From Gemmatimonadales bacterium (GTDB taxonomy: Bacteria; Gemmatimonadota; Gemmatimonadetes; Gemmatimonadales; GWC2-71-9): a stretch of 64,000 bases of DNA. Each line of letters opens with the position of its first letter. Positions within the stretch are counted from its first letter, which is position 1. Made by a program: the position numbers and the translations under genes. Where the stretch lies: NCBI GenBank assembly GCA_965249575.1, contig OZ252244.1, positions 1,248,001-1,312,000 on the forward strand. The letters run 5' to 3'. Under the pieces are notes generated by a model. It did not search any database. It saw nothing but the letters and a program-made list of their open reading frames with translations, and was not told the origin of the DNA. Below, piece after piece: positions 41,197 through 51,166 of the stretch.

Positions 41197-42585
41197 TCAC
41201 TGCCGTACGCTCACCTGCACCGGCTTGGGCGCCCCGTCTGGCCCGTTGTCCCAGTCCTGTTCGCTCGAAACGTTGGGGACACCCCACTGATGCCCATTCC
41301 ACCCGTCGAATCCATCCATCCTGAGCACCCAGAATCCGGTCTTGAAGTCCTCGACTACTACGAGTCCGTCGGCATTCCGGATGTCCACGCCGAAGGCTCC
41401 GTTGGCGACGCCCGTTCCGCCGTCGGGATCGCGTACTCCGCCCCATCCGCGCGCATGTGGGCCATCGTACGTGTCATAAAACCCCACCGTATAGGGATTG
41501 GTCGGGTCCATGATGTTCAACACCTGCACGCCGTCCTGGTACGCGGCCATGAAGACATAGGGCCAACGTATCTCGCTGTTGTGCGAGTGGGCCTTCCAAT
41601 CCACGATCCAGGCGCCGATGGGGCGGGATACGGTCTTGGCCTCTCCCTCGAGCGCCGGCTTCAAGTCGAAAACCCTCACGGGGGCGGACTCGTACTGCGG
41701 CTGGCTGAGCGCATACCGCCCGTCGGGGGTCGGTGTGAACGTATGTCCCTTCTGGATCCCCGCCGCACCGATGACTGTGGCGATCAGCCGGGGGGCCTCC
41801 GGGCTCGTCACGTCATAAACGCGATCCCCGGTCGGCGCCGCTCCCTGTGTCGCGCCGTAAAACCGATCCTGCCCGGACTCCGCGTGGTATCCCACGAAGA
41901 AGTCGTGGTAGAAGGTCGCGCCGTTTTGGCTGGGTGGAGACGGCACTCGTCCGATGAGTCCCTGGTTCTCCCCCCCGGAGATGAACTTCTCCATATCGTA
42001 GACGTTCGCGTGAGGGCCCGTCGACGTCGTGAACAGCAAGACCCTGCCGTCAGAGTGTTTGTACGCGAATATGTTGTGAAAGCCACCGGCGAACTCCGGA
42101 GACCGTATCCGACCGATCTCCCGAATCGTCGACACGTCCGGCAAGCCGGTCACGTCGTGCACGACGGCCCCCAGGTCCGCGTCGGGTCCGCTGCGTCCGA
42201 ACTGAAAGCCCTGAACGTCGTAGTACCGGTCGCGCAGCTTGAAGTATTTGTTGTCCATCCCGCCCGTCCCGGCGTGCAGATCCGGGTTCTCGATCTGCCA
42301 AGCGTACAGCATCGTCGGGTTTTCGGGGTCCTTGACGCTGATGATGTTGAACCCATGCACGAGCATTCGCGACGTGTACACGAACGGGCGCGCGACCTCG
42401 CTCTCGATCTCGAGATCGGAGCTGCTGAACGATCGGCCCAGGGGGATGTGGCCGAGCACCCGGAAATTCGAGCTGCCCTGCTCCCCCGGCGCCCGTTGGG
42501 CGCCTGCCGACCCCACTATCGCCAGTGTCAAACCCACCACTAGAACGGTGTGGGACGTCGGCCGCCTGTGAAACTTCCGAATCAT
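41197..42585 (-). CDS. Secreted LVIVD-like beta-propeller protein, paralogue 13
   Basis: AGGAGG RBS, AGA|Q and all motifs. Confidence 0.85.
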   Translation of the reverse strand: MIRKFHRRPTSHTVLVVGLTLAIVGSAGAQRAPGEQGSSNFRVLGHIPLGRSFSSSDLEIESEVARPFVYTSRMLVHGFNIISVKDPENPTMLYAWQIENPDLHAGTGGMDNKYFKLRDRYYDVQGFQFGRSGPDADLGAVVHDVTGLPDVSTIREIGRIRSPEFAGGFHNIFAYKHSDGRVLLFTTSTGPHANVYDMEKFISGGENQGLIGRVPSPPSQNGATFYHDFFVGYHAESGQDRFYGATQGAAPTGDRVYDVTSPEAPRLIATVIGAAGIQKGHTFTPTPDGRYALSQPQYESAPVRVFDLKPALEGEAKTVSRPIGAWIVDWKAHSHNSEIRWPYVFMAAYQDGVQVLNIMDPTNPYTVGFYDTYDGPHARGWGGVRDPDGGTGVANGAFGVDIRNADGLVVVEDFKTGFWVLRMDGFDGWNGHQWGVPNVSSEQDWDNGPDGAPKPVQVSVRQ

Positions 42586-42796
42586 GTTGCGCCTCCTGTC
42601 TGGCAATTCGCCCGTTCGCGACCACACTTCGGACACGCGCTGACCGGAACGTGTAACTCGCCCTTCAAAGTGCTGGTGCGGCGCCGTGACGGCAAGGCGG
42701 GAGATTCGTCGGAGATCGCACTCCCTAATCGCACTCCCTAGGGGAGGATTCCGCACCCATCACCGGTCTGGATCGCCTCGAGCTGTCTTCCCACCA

Positions 42797-43324
42797 TCAC
42801 CCCGCGTCCAACACCGGAAGGTAGGCCCGCCAGGGGCCGACGGACGTGGCGTACTGCCGGGCCATGATCCGCGCGATCTGTCGGATGTGGCTAAAGTCGT
42901 GGACGACCCAAGTCGACAGGAGCTGTTGCATGGTGACGCGGCCGAACTCCGGATGGTGCCCCGCTCGTTCGAAGTCGGAGGGCTCGAGCCGTAGATCGCG
43001 CAACGCCTGCAGGTTCTCGACCCGCAGGGCCGCGAAGGTGTCCAACAACTCCTCCAGCGTTCGTCCCTTGCTCACCTCGAACTGGGCGAACCGGTCGAAC
43101 GGCTCAAAGGGCTGGGTCTCCCCCTTCTCTAAAACGATCTTCGCTCGGGGGATCCAATCGGCGCGCTCCCCATGGATGAGGTGCCCGACGACATCGAAGG
43201 GGCTCCACGTCTCGCCTCCCTCGTTGTGGCTCGTCCACGCCGGGGACAGGTCGCGCAGCAGCGCGACGAGGGTGGGTGGAGTGCGAGCCAAAACCTCCAT
43301 TGCGCGGTCAAGGTCAAAATCCAC
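42797..43324 (-). CDS. DinB family protein
   Basis: WS..DVVGHL.HGE..DWIPR, HPEFG.VT..QLL.TW.VHD..H..QI. Confidence 0.88.
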   Translation of the reverse strand: MDFDLDRAMEVLARTPPTLVALLRDLSPAWTSHNEGGETWSPFDVVGHLIHGERADWIPRAKIVLEKGETQPFEPFDRFAQFEVSKGRTLEELLDTFAALRVENLQALRDLRLEPSDFERAGHHPEFGRVTMQQLLSTWVVHDFSHIRQIARIMARQYATSVGPWRAYLPVLDAG

Positions 43325-43434
43325 AGCCCTTTTCCTCCCTGTGAGACCAGCATACCCCTAAAGCGGCTCACCGCACGCCATGCGGCAACCCGTATCGGCG
43401 ATTCGAAGGGACGTACTGTTCGGAGTATGCCGGA

Positions 43435-45834
43435 TCAGACGCGGAAGAGGTAGCTCACCTTGAGGAAGAAGTTGTCGTTTACCCGTTCGAGCCTGCGGAA
43501 TCTGAAGGAACTGGGCTCCGTCAGGCTGGCCCCATAGCCGGCGAAGATGACGGTGCCGGGATTCGGCTGGTATGAGAAAAGCCAGTCTATCCGGAAATCG
43601 TTTGACGTCTCTTTCGTGGCAGGGGTAAAGGTGCCGTCGTCCTCATCGAATAACAGGATCGGGTTGCCCGTGCGCGAGTCGTCTCGGAGATCGTCCTGGA
43701 AGTTCGAGTCGTACTGACCCACCACGCGGAAGAAGATCGCCCGTGAGGCCTGATACTCCAACTTGAGGCGCGGAATCTGGCGGCGCCCTACGGTGCTGCC
43801 GTCCGTGAGCCTAATGTATTGCTGGAGGGGGTACCGAAAATTGATCCTCATCCTGTCGGTCGGCCGGAAATCTGCCGTAAACGTTGCGAACACGATGTAC
43901 GCGGGCGCCCATTCGAAAAAGTTCTCATCGCGTCCGGTGATGACGTTCAGGCTGGCCGAAAAGCGAGAAAACTGCGGCGTTCGGATGTTGAAAGACAGGT
44001 CGAGGTTCTGTATCCGGTTCGTTCCGACGTACGGAACCGTGTCCACAACACCCGATGCGAGCGTGCGCTCGATGTAGTAATCCTTATAGAGGTCGGGATC
44101 GTACTTGAACGACTCGACCATGAAATTCGCACGGAGGCGCCACCCACCACGGAAGGTGAACTCGTTGTTGAAGTGGAGCTTCGCATCGTTCGGCTCGTTC
44201 CCGTCGAGAAACTGGTCGTACTTCCAGTTGGCCAGGAGGTTGATCCGGGCGGTCCAGTTCTCCAACGTGGCCCCCGGATCTCCGTAGACGGTGAACCGGT
44301 TGGTGATGTTCGCATCGACGACATTGGTGCGCCGCACGAACCCGCTCGCAGCCCGGAAGTCGGGATGCGTGCCGCTGATCCGGTAGTTGAATCCGAACCC
44401 TCTGCCACTCCGGTCCACGGCGAGGTTCCAGAGCGGGGCCTCCGTAGTCGCGCCACCGGAGCGGGTGAAGCTCTCCGCGAACGTGAATCGGGCCCAATAG
44501 ACCTTACCGAACACCCAGCGCATGTCGCCGGCCACGACCCGGTTGTAATCGCTGCCGTCGATACGGTCGGTATAGGTCAGGCCCGCGGCGGAATTCGAGC
44601 CAACGTCGCGCCGGAGTCGGACAACGCTGAACACTGGATGGGCGGTACCGGGCGAAGAGTCAGTGACCGAGTTCGAGGCGGCCTTGCCGTCCACCGCCGA
44701 CAAGAACCCGACGTTCGTTCCCGAGACTTTGCCATTGAGCTTTACCGAGGCCACCGGGTCCACGATACTCCTCGTGTAAATCAACTGGCTCGGCGCCTGG
44801 AAGAACTCGTTGCCCTCTACGAAGAACGGCCGTTTTTCCGGGAAGAAGAGCGCCTGGCGCGGATCGAACACCTGTTGCTGGACATCCGCCTCGATCTGAG
44901 AGAAATCGGGATTGGCGGTCGCATTTAGTGCGAGGTTCGGCGTCAACCCCCAGCGGACGTTCCCCCCAAGCTCTGGATCGGGGTCGGCGTAGTCCCACCC
45001 GGGACCGACGGCGTTCGGCTCGCCAACCATGCTCGCGGTGAGAACCGGGTTCAGATCGAGCACCAGGCCGCGCTTGAGCTGGGTTAACCCTCGCAGCTTT
45101 CCGGACTGGCTCAGGAACGAGGCGCTGGCCCGCAACGCCGGGGTCCACGTCTGCTCATAACCCGAGTACTGAACCTTGCGGATGATGTTCACGCCCCAAT
45201 CCTGTACGGCGACCGACTGAAATCTGATGCTCTTGAACGGAATGCGGACCTCGACCTCGTACCCGCCGTCGGTAATCCGCCCCTTTGACTCGAACTGAAA
45301 ATCCTGGCTCAGGTCGGTCCGATCGATGCCGCCGGACTGTCCCCCCCGCCGCCGGAAGAACCCCCCGCCGCCTCCCTCGCTGCGCGTCCCATCGGCTTGC
45401 TGGCCCAGGGGGTTCACCGCAAAGACCAGCGCGCGCCGGTTGTCGTTGAACGTATCGAGCAGAATCGCGACATAATCGTCGTCACCGATCTTGTCGCGGT
45501 CGGCCAGCGTTCCCCGCACTCCACCGGGTGGCGCGAACGCCCTGACGCCGAAATACATGGCGCTCGACCCGTACCAGACGAGCACCTCTGTCGAATCCTC
45601 CGCCGGAAGACCGTCCACCGGACGGTACTGGGAGAAGCCGGTCAGAATCGCCGCGGTGCCCCACGGCGCCTCATCGAGAACCCCGTCGACCTGAATGGAG
45701 GCCTCCAGGCGAGGTACCGAAACGTCCAGCCGGTTCGCTCGACCGCTGTACACCTCCGGGTCCAGCGACACAGGCTGCAGGGTGGCCGACTGTTGCACCA
45801 TTGCAGCACCCAGCATCAGGATCAGACCAACCAC
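43435..45834 (-). CDS. DUF5916 / CBM9-like domain outer membrane beta-barrel protein
   Basis: VDGVLDE..W, DTFND.R.A..F.VNPLG.Q.D, E.RIPF.S.RF, NPDFSQIEAD, FPEKRPFF.E and C-terminal K.SYLF. Confidence 0.85.
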   Translation of the reverse strand: MVGLILMLGAAMVQQSATLQPVSLDPEVYSGRANRLDVSVPRLEASIQVDGVLDEAPWGTAAILTGFSQYRPVDGLPAEDSTEVLVWYGSSAMYFGVRAFAPPGGVRGTLADRDKIGDDDYVAILLDTFNDNRRALVFAVNPLGQQADGTRSEGGGGGFFRRRGGQSGGIDRTDLSQDFQFESKGRITDGGYEVEVRIPFKSIRFQSVAVQDWGVNIIRKVQYSGYEQTWTPALRASASFLSQSGKLRGLTQLKRGLVLDLNPVLTASMVGEPNAVGPGWDYADPDPELGGNVRWGLTPNLALNATANPDFSQIEADVQQQVFDPRQALFFPEKRPFFVEGNEFFQAPSQLIYTRSIVDPVASVKLNGKVSGTNVGFLSAVDGKAASNSVTDSSPGTAHPVFSVVRLRRDVGSNSAAGLTYTDRIDGSDYNRVVAGDMRWVFGKVYWARFTFAESFTRSGGATTEAPLWNLAVDRSGRGFGFNYRISGTHPDFRAASGFVRRTNVVDANITNRFTVYGDPGATLENWTARINLLANWKYDQFLDGNEPNDAKLHFNNEFTFRGGWRLRANFMVESFKYDPDLYKDYYIERTLASGVVDTVPYVGTNRIQNLDLSFNIRTPQFSRFSASLNVITGRDENFFEWAPAYIVFATFTADFRPTDRMRINFRYPLQQYIRLTDGSTVGRRQIPRLKLEYQASRAIFFRVVGQYDSNFQDDLRDDSRTGNPILLFDEDDGTFTPATKETSNDFRIDWLFSYQPNPGTVIFAGYGASLTEPSSFRFRRLERVNDNFFLKVSYLFRV

Positions 45835-46126
45835 ACGTTCTCCTCTGAGGGAAGTCTGACTCCCCTCAACTCGTTGTGGACAAGAGCGGCAAAGACTTTC
45901 AATATACTTCCGCGGCTGCGAAGGGGTCTAGCCAAGCTTGGTGCGTGTGGGAGACCGTTCAGCCGCGGCAAGGGACAGACCTCCGACACCGCGGGTGGGG
46001 TGGATTACATGGAAACCGACTTCCCCGACGCGCCCTGTCGCCCGTGGCCTCCCGCATCCGTAATCATCGTTCGCCATCGAGCCGTACATTAGCGCCCCCG
46101 CCCCGACCGACGATGCCGATCCGGCT

Positions 46127-47989
46127 TTGAGGGAAACTCGGGCGTTTTCAGTTCGGTCCATCGGCCTTGGCCTCGCCGCCATCGCTGCACTCTTCCACTT
46201 GTACGCTGCCGGCTTTTCGCCATTCACCGCGCTCGTGCAGCGGCCCGTACACCTCGCTCTGATGGCCGTGCTTGCTTTCTTGGGCGTCGGAACTCGCAGC
46301 CGGGATGCCCGCCCAGGCCGGAGATGGGCCGTCGCCGTCGATCGCGGGTCCCGCCCGCTGCTGCTTGCCGGTACGCTGCTCACGTGCGGGTACATCGTCC
46401 TCGTGCACGAGGCGCTTGTAACCCGCGCCGGCGCCGCCACCGCTCTCGATCTCGCCACGGGCGCGATCGCGATTCTCGTGGTGCTGGAGCTCGCGCGCCG
46501 CGCGACGGGGTGGGGGCTCGTGACAGTCGCGGCTTTGGCCCTCGCCTATGCCACCTCGGGCCCGCATCTGCCCGGCTTCCTCGCACACAGGGGCTACTCC
46601 GCTCGGCGCATCATCGAACATCTCTACCTGTCCACCGAAGGGATTTGGGGTGTGCCACTCGGAGTCTCGGCGGACTTCGTGTATCTGTTCGTTCTCTTCG
46701 GCGCGGTGCTGGAGGCCGCGGGCGGGGGCGAGCTTCTGATCGGACTGTCCTCTCGCGTTACCGGGCGCACGCGGGGAGGGACCGCCAAGACCGCCGCCAT
46801 AGCGAGCGCCATCATGGGCTCGCTCTCCGGGAGCGCGGTCGCCAACGTCGTCACCACCGGAAGCCTCACCATTCCGGTCATGAAGCGGGCGGGGTTCCGC
46901 CCCCATTTTGCCGGCGCGATCGAGGCGGCGGCAAGCACCGGCGGCCAGCTCATGCCGCCGATCATGGGGGCCGGCGCGTTTATCCTCGCCACATGGACCA
47001 ACATCCCGTACTTCGACGTGGCGGCGGCAGCGGCCATCCCCGCGGTTCTCTACTACGTGGCGCTCTTCATGGCAATCCATTTCAAGGCTCGCCAGATGGG
47101 ACTGCCACCGGAGCCACCCCAAAAGATCCTCTCCGTGCTGCCGCGCATCCACCTGCTCTTGTCACTTGGCGTCATCGTGGCGCTGCTCGCCATGGGACGT
47201 TCGCCCATGCGAGCCGCGTTCTGGGGAGCGGTGTCGGCGCTCGTGCTGACGGGACTCAGGCAACAGACACGCTTGAGCTTTGACGCCCTGGGACATGCCT
47301 TGCTCCGGGCCGCGTCCGGTACCGTGCAGGTCGCGGCAGCGTGCGCGGCGGCCGGGATCGTCGTTGGCGTTGCCTCCCTCACGGGCATCGGCCTGCGCAT
47401 GTCGGAATTGATCGTCACACTGTCGGGTGGCTATTTGCCGCTCGCCCTCATCCTCACGGCGTTGGGCTCAATCGTTCTGGGCATGGGGCTTCCCACAACC
47501 GCCGCGTACGTCGTCCTCGCCGCGCTCGGAGCGCCGGCACTCATCTCGCTCGGTACGCCCGTACTGGCGGCGCATCTCTTCATCTTCTATTTCGGATGCC
47601 TGTCGAACGTCACGCCGCCCGTTTCGCTGGCGGCATATGCGGCGGCCGGAATTGCCAATGCGCCCCCCATGAAGACCGCGGGCACCGCGATGCTACTGGC
47701 GGGCTCGGGGTTCATCGTCCCCTTTGGTTTCGTGTACGCCCCGGCGCTACTTGCCGCAGCCCCGCTGGGCGACATCGTGATTACCGCCGGCACGACTGCG
47801 TGCGGGGTCGCCGCCCTCGCAGCAGCCACTTTGGGACACGCGATAGGACCATTGAGACCGCTGCAACGGCTCCTCGTTGCGATGTCGGCCCTGGCGCTGA
47901 TCTGGCCGGGACCGATTACCGATCTCCTGGGAGCCGGCGTGCTCGGCCTGTTGATCCTGGCTCACACCACGCGGAAGGGGCGCGGGTGA
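46127..47989 (+). CDS. TRAP transporter fused 4TM/12TM permease (TAXI type)
   Basis: EGIWGVPLGVS, SGSAVANVVTTG..TIP.MKR.G, EAAASTGGQ.MPPIMGA.AF, LGMGLPT.AAY and TPPV.LAAY. Confidence 0.93.
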   Translation: MRETRAFSVRSIGLGLAAIAALFHLYAAGFSPFTALVQRPVHLALMAVLAFLGVGTRSRDARPGRRWAVAVDRGSRPLLLAGTLLTCGYIVLVHEALVTRAGAATALDLATGAIAILVVLELARRATGWGLVTVAALALAYATSGPHLPGFLAHRGYSARRIIEHLYLSTEGIWGVPLGVSADFVYLFVLFGAVLEAAGGGELLIGLSSRVTGRTRGGTAKTAAIASAIMGSLSGSAVANVVTTGSLTIPVMKRAGFRPHFAGAIEAAASTGGQLMPPIMGAGAFILATWTNIPYFDVAAAAAIPAVLYYVALFMAIHFKARQMGLPPEPPQKILSVLPRIHLLLSLGVIVALLAMGRSPMRAAFWGAVSALVLTGLRQQTRLSFDALGHALLRAASGTVQVAAACAAAGIVVGVASLTGIGLRMSELIVTLSGGYLPLALILTALGSIVLGMGLPTTAAYVVLAALGAPALISLGTPVLAAHLFIFYFGCLSNVTPPVSLAAYAAAGIANAPPMKTAGTAMLLAGSGFIVPFGFVYAPALLAAAPLGDIVITAGTTACGVAALAAATLGHAIGPLRPLQRLLVAMSALALIWPGPITDLLGAGVLGLLILAHTTRKGRG

Positions 47990-47995
47990 TCCAGA

Positions 47996-48796
47996 TCAGT
48001 CGAGCGCAAGCGTGAGGCACTTCGCGCTCCCCCCAGCCTTCAGGAACTCATCGAGCAAGACCGGATGGGGCGTGTAACCGCGTTCGCCAAGTAGTGCTGC
48101 CGTTTCGTCACAGCCAGCCGGCAACACGACGTGCTCGCCAACGCAGACGGCATTACAGGCGAACCGATGCGCATCCCGGCCAGGCACGGCCAACCGGCGG
48201 TGCTCATCGAGACGCTGGGTGATGACGGCCAGCGCGTAGGAGTCGAACGCCGCTGGGTGGTACAGTACTTCACCGCCGCTCAATGGGCAGAAGCAGGTGT
48301 CCAAATGATAGAAACGAGCATCGACGAGCTCAACTGGAATGATCTCGCGCTCGAACAAAGCGCTCAACTCGGTGTAGGCCCGGATATCGCTCCGCTGACG
48401 GTACGCACCGAGCCACAGATCGGGTACGCCCAGTAAGTCCCCTGCACCCTCGAAGTAGAGCCCCTCCTCCAGCGGCCGAACCTCATACCTGTCCCGCTCG
48501 AACCACGCCTCAAAGAACGCTTCCTCCCGCTGGCGCTCCGGATGGCGAAACCGGCTCGGAACGGCGCGACCGTCAACGACGACGCCCGCGTTCGCCGTGA
48601 ACACGAGGTCGGGCAGGCCCGGTACCGGCACCATTCGCTCCAGCTCGACTCCCAACTCGATTCCTAGGAGCTCCATGAGTCCATCCCACTGACGACGGGC
48701 CTCCACGAGGTCGACAACGCTCGACTGGCTCATCCATGGGTTGATCGCATAGTCAATTCTGAAGTGGTCGGGGGGACAGACGAGGATCCGGGGCAT
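47996..48796 (-). CDS. Amidinotransferase/DDAH-fold enzyme, arginine dihydrolase (ArgZ N-domain)-like
   Basis: CPPDHF..Y.INPWM, GLPD.VFTANAG, FRHPERQ.E, FEGAGD, FYHLDTCFCPL and EFLKAGGSAKCLTL. Confidence 0.88.
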   Translation of the reverse strand: MPRILVCPPDHFRIDYAINPWMSQSSVVDLVEARRQWDGLMELLGIELGVELERMVPVPGLPDLVFTANAGVVVDGRAVPSRFRHPERQREEAFFEAWFERDRYEVRPLEEGLYFEGAGDLLGVPDLWLGAYRQRSDIRAYTELSALFEREIIPVELVDARFYHLDTCFCPLSGGEVLYHPAAFDSYALAVITQRLDEHRRLAVPGRDAHRFACNAVCVGEHVVLPAGCDETAALLGERGYTPHPVLLDEFLKAGGSAKCLTLALD

Positions 48797-50028
48797 CACT
48801 TCCAGCCCAACGCCCGTGCAAGCTCTCGCAGGAAGGACGCCGCATCCATCACCAAGCCGACCGCCTGGAACGTCCCGCGGTCGGCCAGTTTGGTGGGGAC
48901 CGCCGGGTTCACATCTACACACACCGTCGGCACGGCAGCGGGCAGCAGGTTCCCCGTCGCCACCGCATGGAGGGTCGATGCAACCAGGAGCGCGAGGCCT
49001 ACGTCCGCCACCGCCGCCCGCATGACACCCTGCGCGACCATGGAATCGGTAATGACCCCGGGCAAGGGGCCGTCGTCTCGGATTGACCCGGCCATGACGA
49101 TCTGGACCCCACTCCGCACGCAGGCCGCCATGATTCCGTCCTTGACGACACCCGTCCGCACCGCCTTCTCGATACTGCCGATTTGGCGAATGCGGTTGAT
49201 CGCTCGAAGATGATGCTCGTGCCCGTGCGGCACGAGGCGCCCCGCCGCCAGCCGATACCCGAGCGAGGTCCCGTACAGATCAGCCTCGATGTCGTGCGCC
49301 GGCAGCGCGTTCCCACAGAACAACACGTGGATGAAGCCGGATTCGATCATCCATGCCAGGGGTTCCCTGCCGCCCGCGTGAATGATTGCCGGCCCACCAA
49401 CGAGCAGCACCCGCCGCCTTCCCTCCCGCTGCTTACGGAGCGCCTGGATCCGCTCCGCAACGTCGGCGATCGCGTAGCTGTGTGGGCGTTCGGACGAAAC
49501 CTGCGATGCCATGAAGCTGAACACGTCCCGCTCCCTGGGCCGCTCCAACGGAAGCACCCGCACGCCCTCCCGCCCGGTGACGATCAGATCGCCTTTCTGT
49601 ACCTCACTCATGGAAACAGTCACGGCGTGCGGCCCCGCACGGTCGATGTGAATAGCAAGGTCCATTTCGATCTTCTCGACGTCCACCCACCCACCCCCCA
49701 ATCGAACCTGTGTGGGAAGGTGTGACGTTGCGTAGAATCCTTCCGGCAGGACCCCGTTCTCGGGAGCGGCCTCCATCGAACAATCCGATTCGCGCTCCAC
49801 GGCCGCGCCGTGCGGCTGGATCGCTTCCAAGATGTCGGCCAATAGCTCGGTTGAGCCCGCCCTGATGACGATCTTGGCGTAGGACGTCTCGTCTCGAGTG
49901 ACACCGATGTGCACGTCCCCCAAATCGAACGTTCCCCCCATCATCACGATCGTATCCAACACTTTCGCGAGAATCAGTGAATCGATGATGTGTCCTTCGA
50001 GTACGACGGTTTCTTGAACCACTGTCAT
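48796..50028 (-). CDS. TIGR00300 / LOR-SDH-domain protein, ornithine cyclodeaminase (ArgZ/AgrE C-domain)-like
   Basis: LEGHIIDS, P.GFYAT, EMD, F.FM.S.VSSE.P, GNA...HDIE, GTSLG, AGSIRDDGPLP, LH..A.GN and KL.DRG..QA. Confidence 0.88.
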   Translation of the reverse strand: MTVVQETVVLEGHIIDSLILAKVLDTIVMMGGTFDLGDVHIGVTRDETSYAKIVIRAGSTELLADILEAIQPHGAAVERESDCSMEAAPENGVLPEGFYATSHLPTQVRLGGGWVDVEKIEMDLAIHIDRAGPHAVTVSMSEVQKGDLIVTGREGVRVLPLERPRERDVFSFMASQVSSERPHSYAIADVAERIQALRKQREGRRRVLLVGGPAIIHAGGREPLAWMIESGFIHVLFCGNALPAHDIEADLYGTSLGYRLAAGRLVPHGHEHHLRAINRIRQIGSIEKAVRTGVVKDGIMAACVRSGVQIVMAGSIRDDGPLPGVITDSMVAQGVMRAAVADVGLALLVASTLHAVATGNLLPAAVPTVCVDVNPAVPTKLADRGTFQAVGLVMDAASFLRELARALGWK

Positions 50029-50128
50029 GCTGCCCCTGCCTTTGAGTTCAAGGTTGTGAGAGCGCTCGCACAAGGCCCCTCGAAGTGAGCCGCGCTGGCC
50101 TCGACGGGCTGTCGCTGTTCACTTTTCA

Positions 50129-51130
50129 GTGATGATGGGACGTGCCCACCCTCTCCGGAAATCGAGTGACCTGGCCAGACGGTGCCTGGCCCACGACGCA
50201 GCGATGCTCGCGCTGATCCTCGTGCAGGCAACCTGCCTGTCAGGGGGGCGCGACTCGACTGGACGCTTCTTGAGCATCGGTACGGGCGGCACCGGAGGCA
50301 TCTACTACCCCCTCGGCGGCGCACTCGCCAGCCGCCTGTCAGTGCTGGACTCAGCCCGCCAGTTCACCGCTGAGGTCACCGGTGGGTCGGTCGAAAACGT
50401 GAATCGGGTCGCGCGCGGCGACGTCGATCTCGGATTCGCGATCGGAACGACCGTGTTCGAGGCGTTCCACGGCGGGCCCGGCTTCGAGCGACCCCTTGAT
50501 GGTCTCCGGATCGTGGCACCGATCTATCCTAATGTCACGCATGTCCTCGTAGGAAGGAACTCCACCGCCACGTCGCTCGCGGGCCTACGCGACCGACGTG
50601 TATCCGTCGGGGCGCCCGGGAGCGGGACCGAACAGATGGCACGGCAGCTCTTGGAGGCGTACGGAATCACGTACGACGATATCGACGTTCGGTACCTCTC
50701 ATTTCGGGAATCGTCGGACGCGCTGCGTGACGGAGCAATCGACGCTGCGATCTTCTCGGTTGGATACCCGGCCTCCGCGGTGCTCGAAGCCACCGCCACC
50801 GGGGGAGCGAGGCTGCTGGGAATCAGTCCGCGCGAGGGGTCTCGGCTTTTTGACCAGTATTCCTATTATACGGCCGGCACGATTCCGACAGGCGCGTATC
50901 CGGGAGTTTCTGAAGACGTTCCCACCATCCGCACGATGAACTGGATCGTCTCCACCAACGATCTGGACGCTTCAGTGGTGAGACACATTCTGAACATCCT
51001 CGAGAAGGAGCGTGATGAATTGGCACAGGTGAACGACGTGGCGAGGCAGATCGATCTCACACGGCTCCAATCCGCGCCCATCCAGCTCCATCCCGCGACG
51101 GAGCGCTGGATCCGAAACCGCGTGCAGTAG
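50129..51130 (+). CDS. TAXI family TRAP solute-binding protein
   Basis: IGTGGTGGIYYPLGG, T.GSVEN, RVSVGAPGSGTE, IP.G.YPG and LHP.. motifs; start uncertain. Confidence 0.92.
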   Translation: MMMGRAHPLRKSSDLARRCLAHDAAMLALILVQATCLSGGRDSTGRFLSIGTGGTGGIYYPLGGALASRLSVLDSARQFTAEVTGGSVENVNRVARGDVDLGFAIGTTVFEAFHGGPGFERPLDGLRIVAPIYPNVTHVLVGRNSTATSLAGLRDRRVSVGAPGSGTEQMARQLLEAYGITYDDIDVRYLSFRESSDALRDGAIDAAIFSVGYPASAVLEATATGGARLLGISPREGSRLFDQYSYYTAGTIPTGAYPGVSEDVPTIRTMNWIVSTNDLDASVVRHILNILEKERDELAQVNDVARQIDLTRLQSAPIQLHPATERWIRNRVQ

Positions 51131-51166
51131 GCACCGGTCCCTTTCCCAGGCCTGAGGATGCGATCC

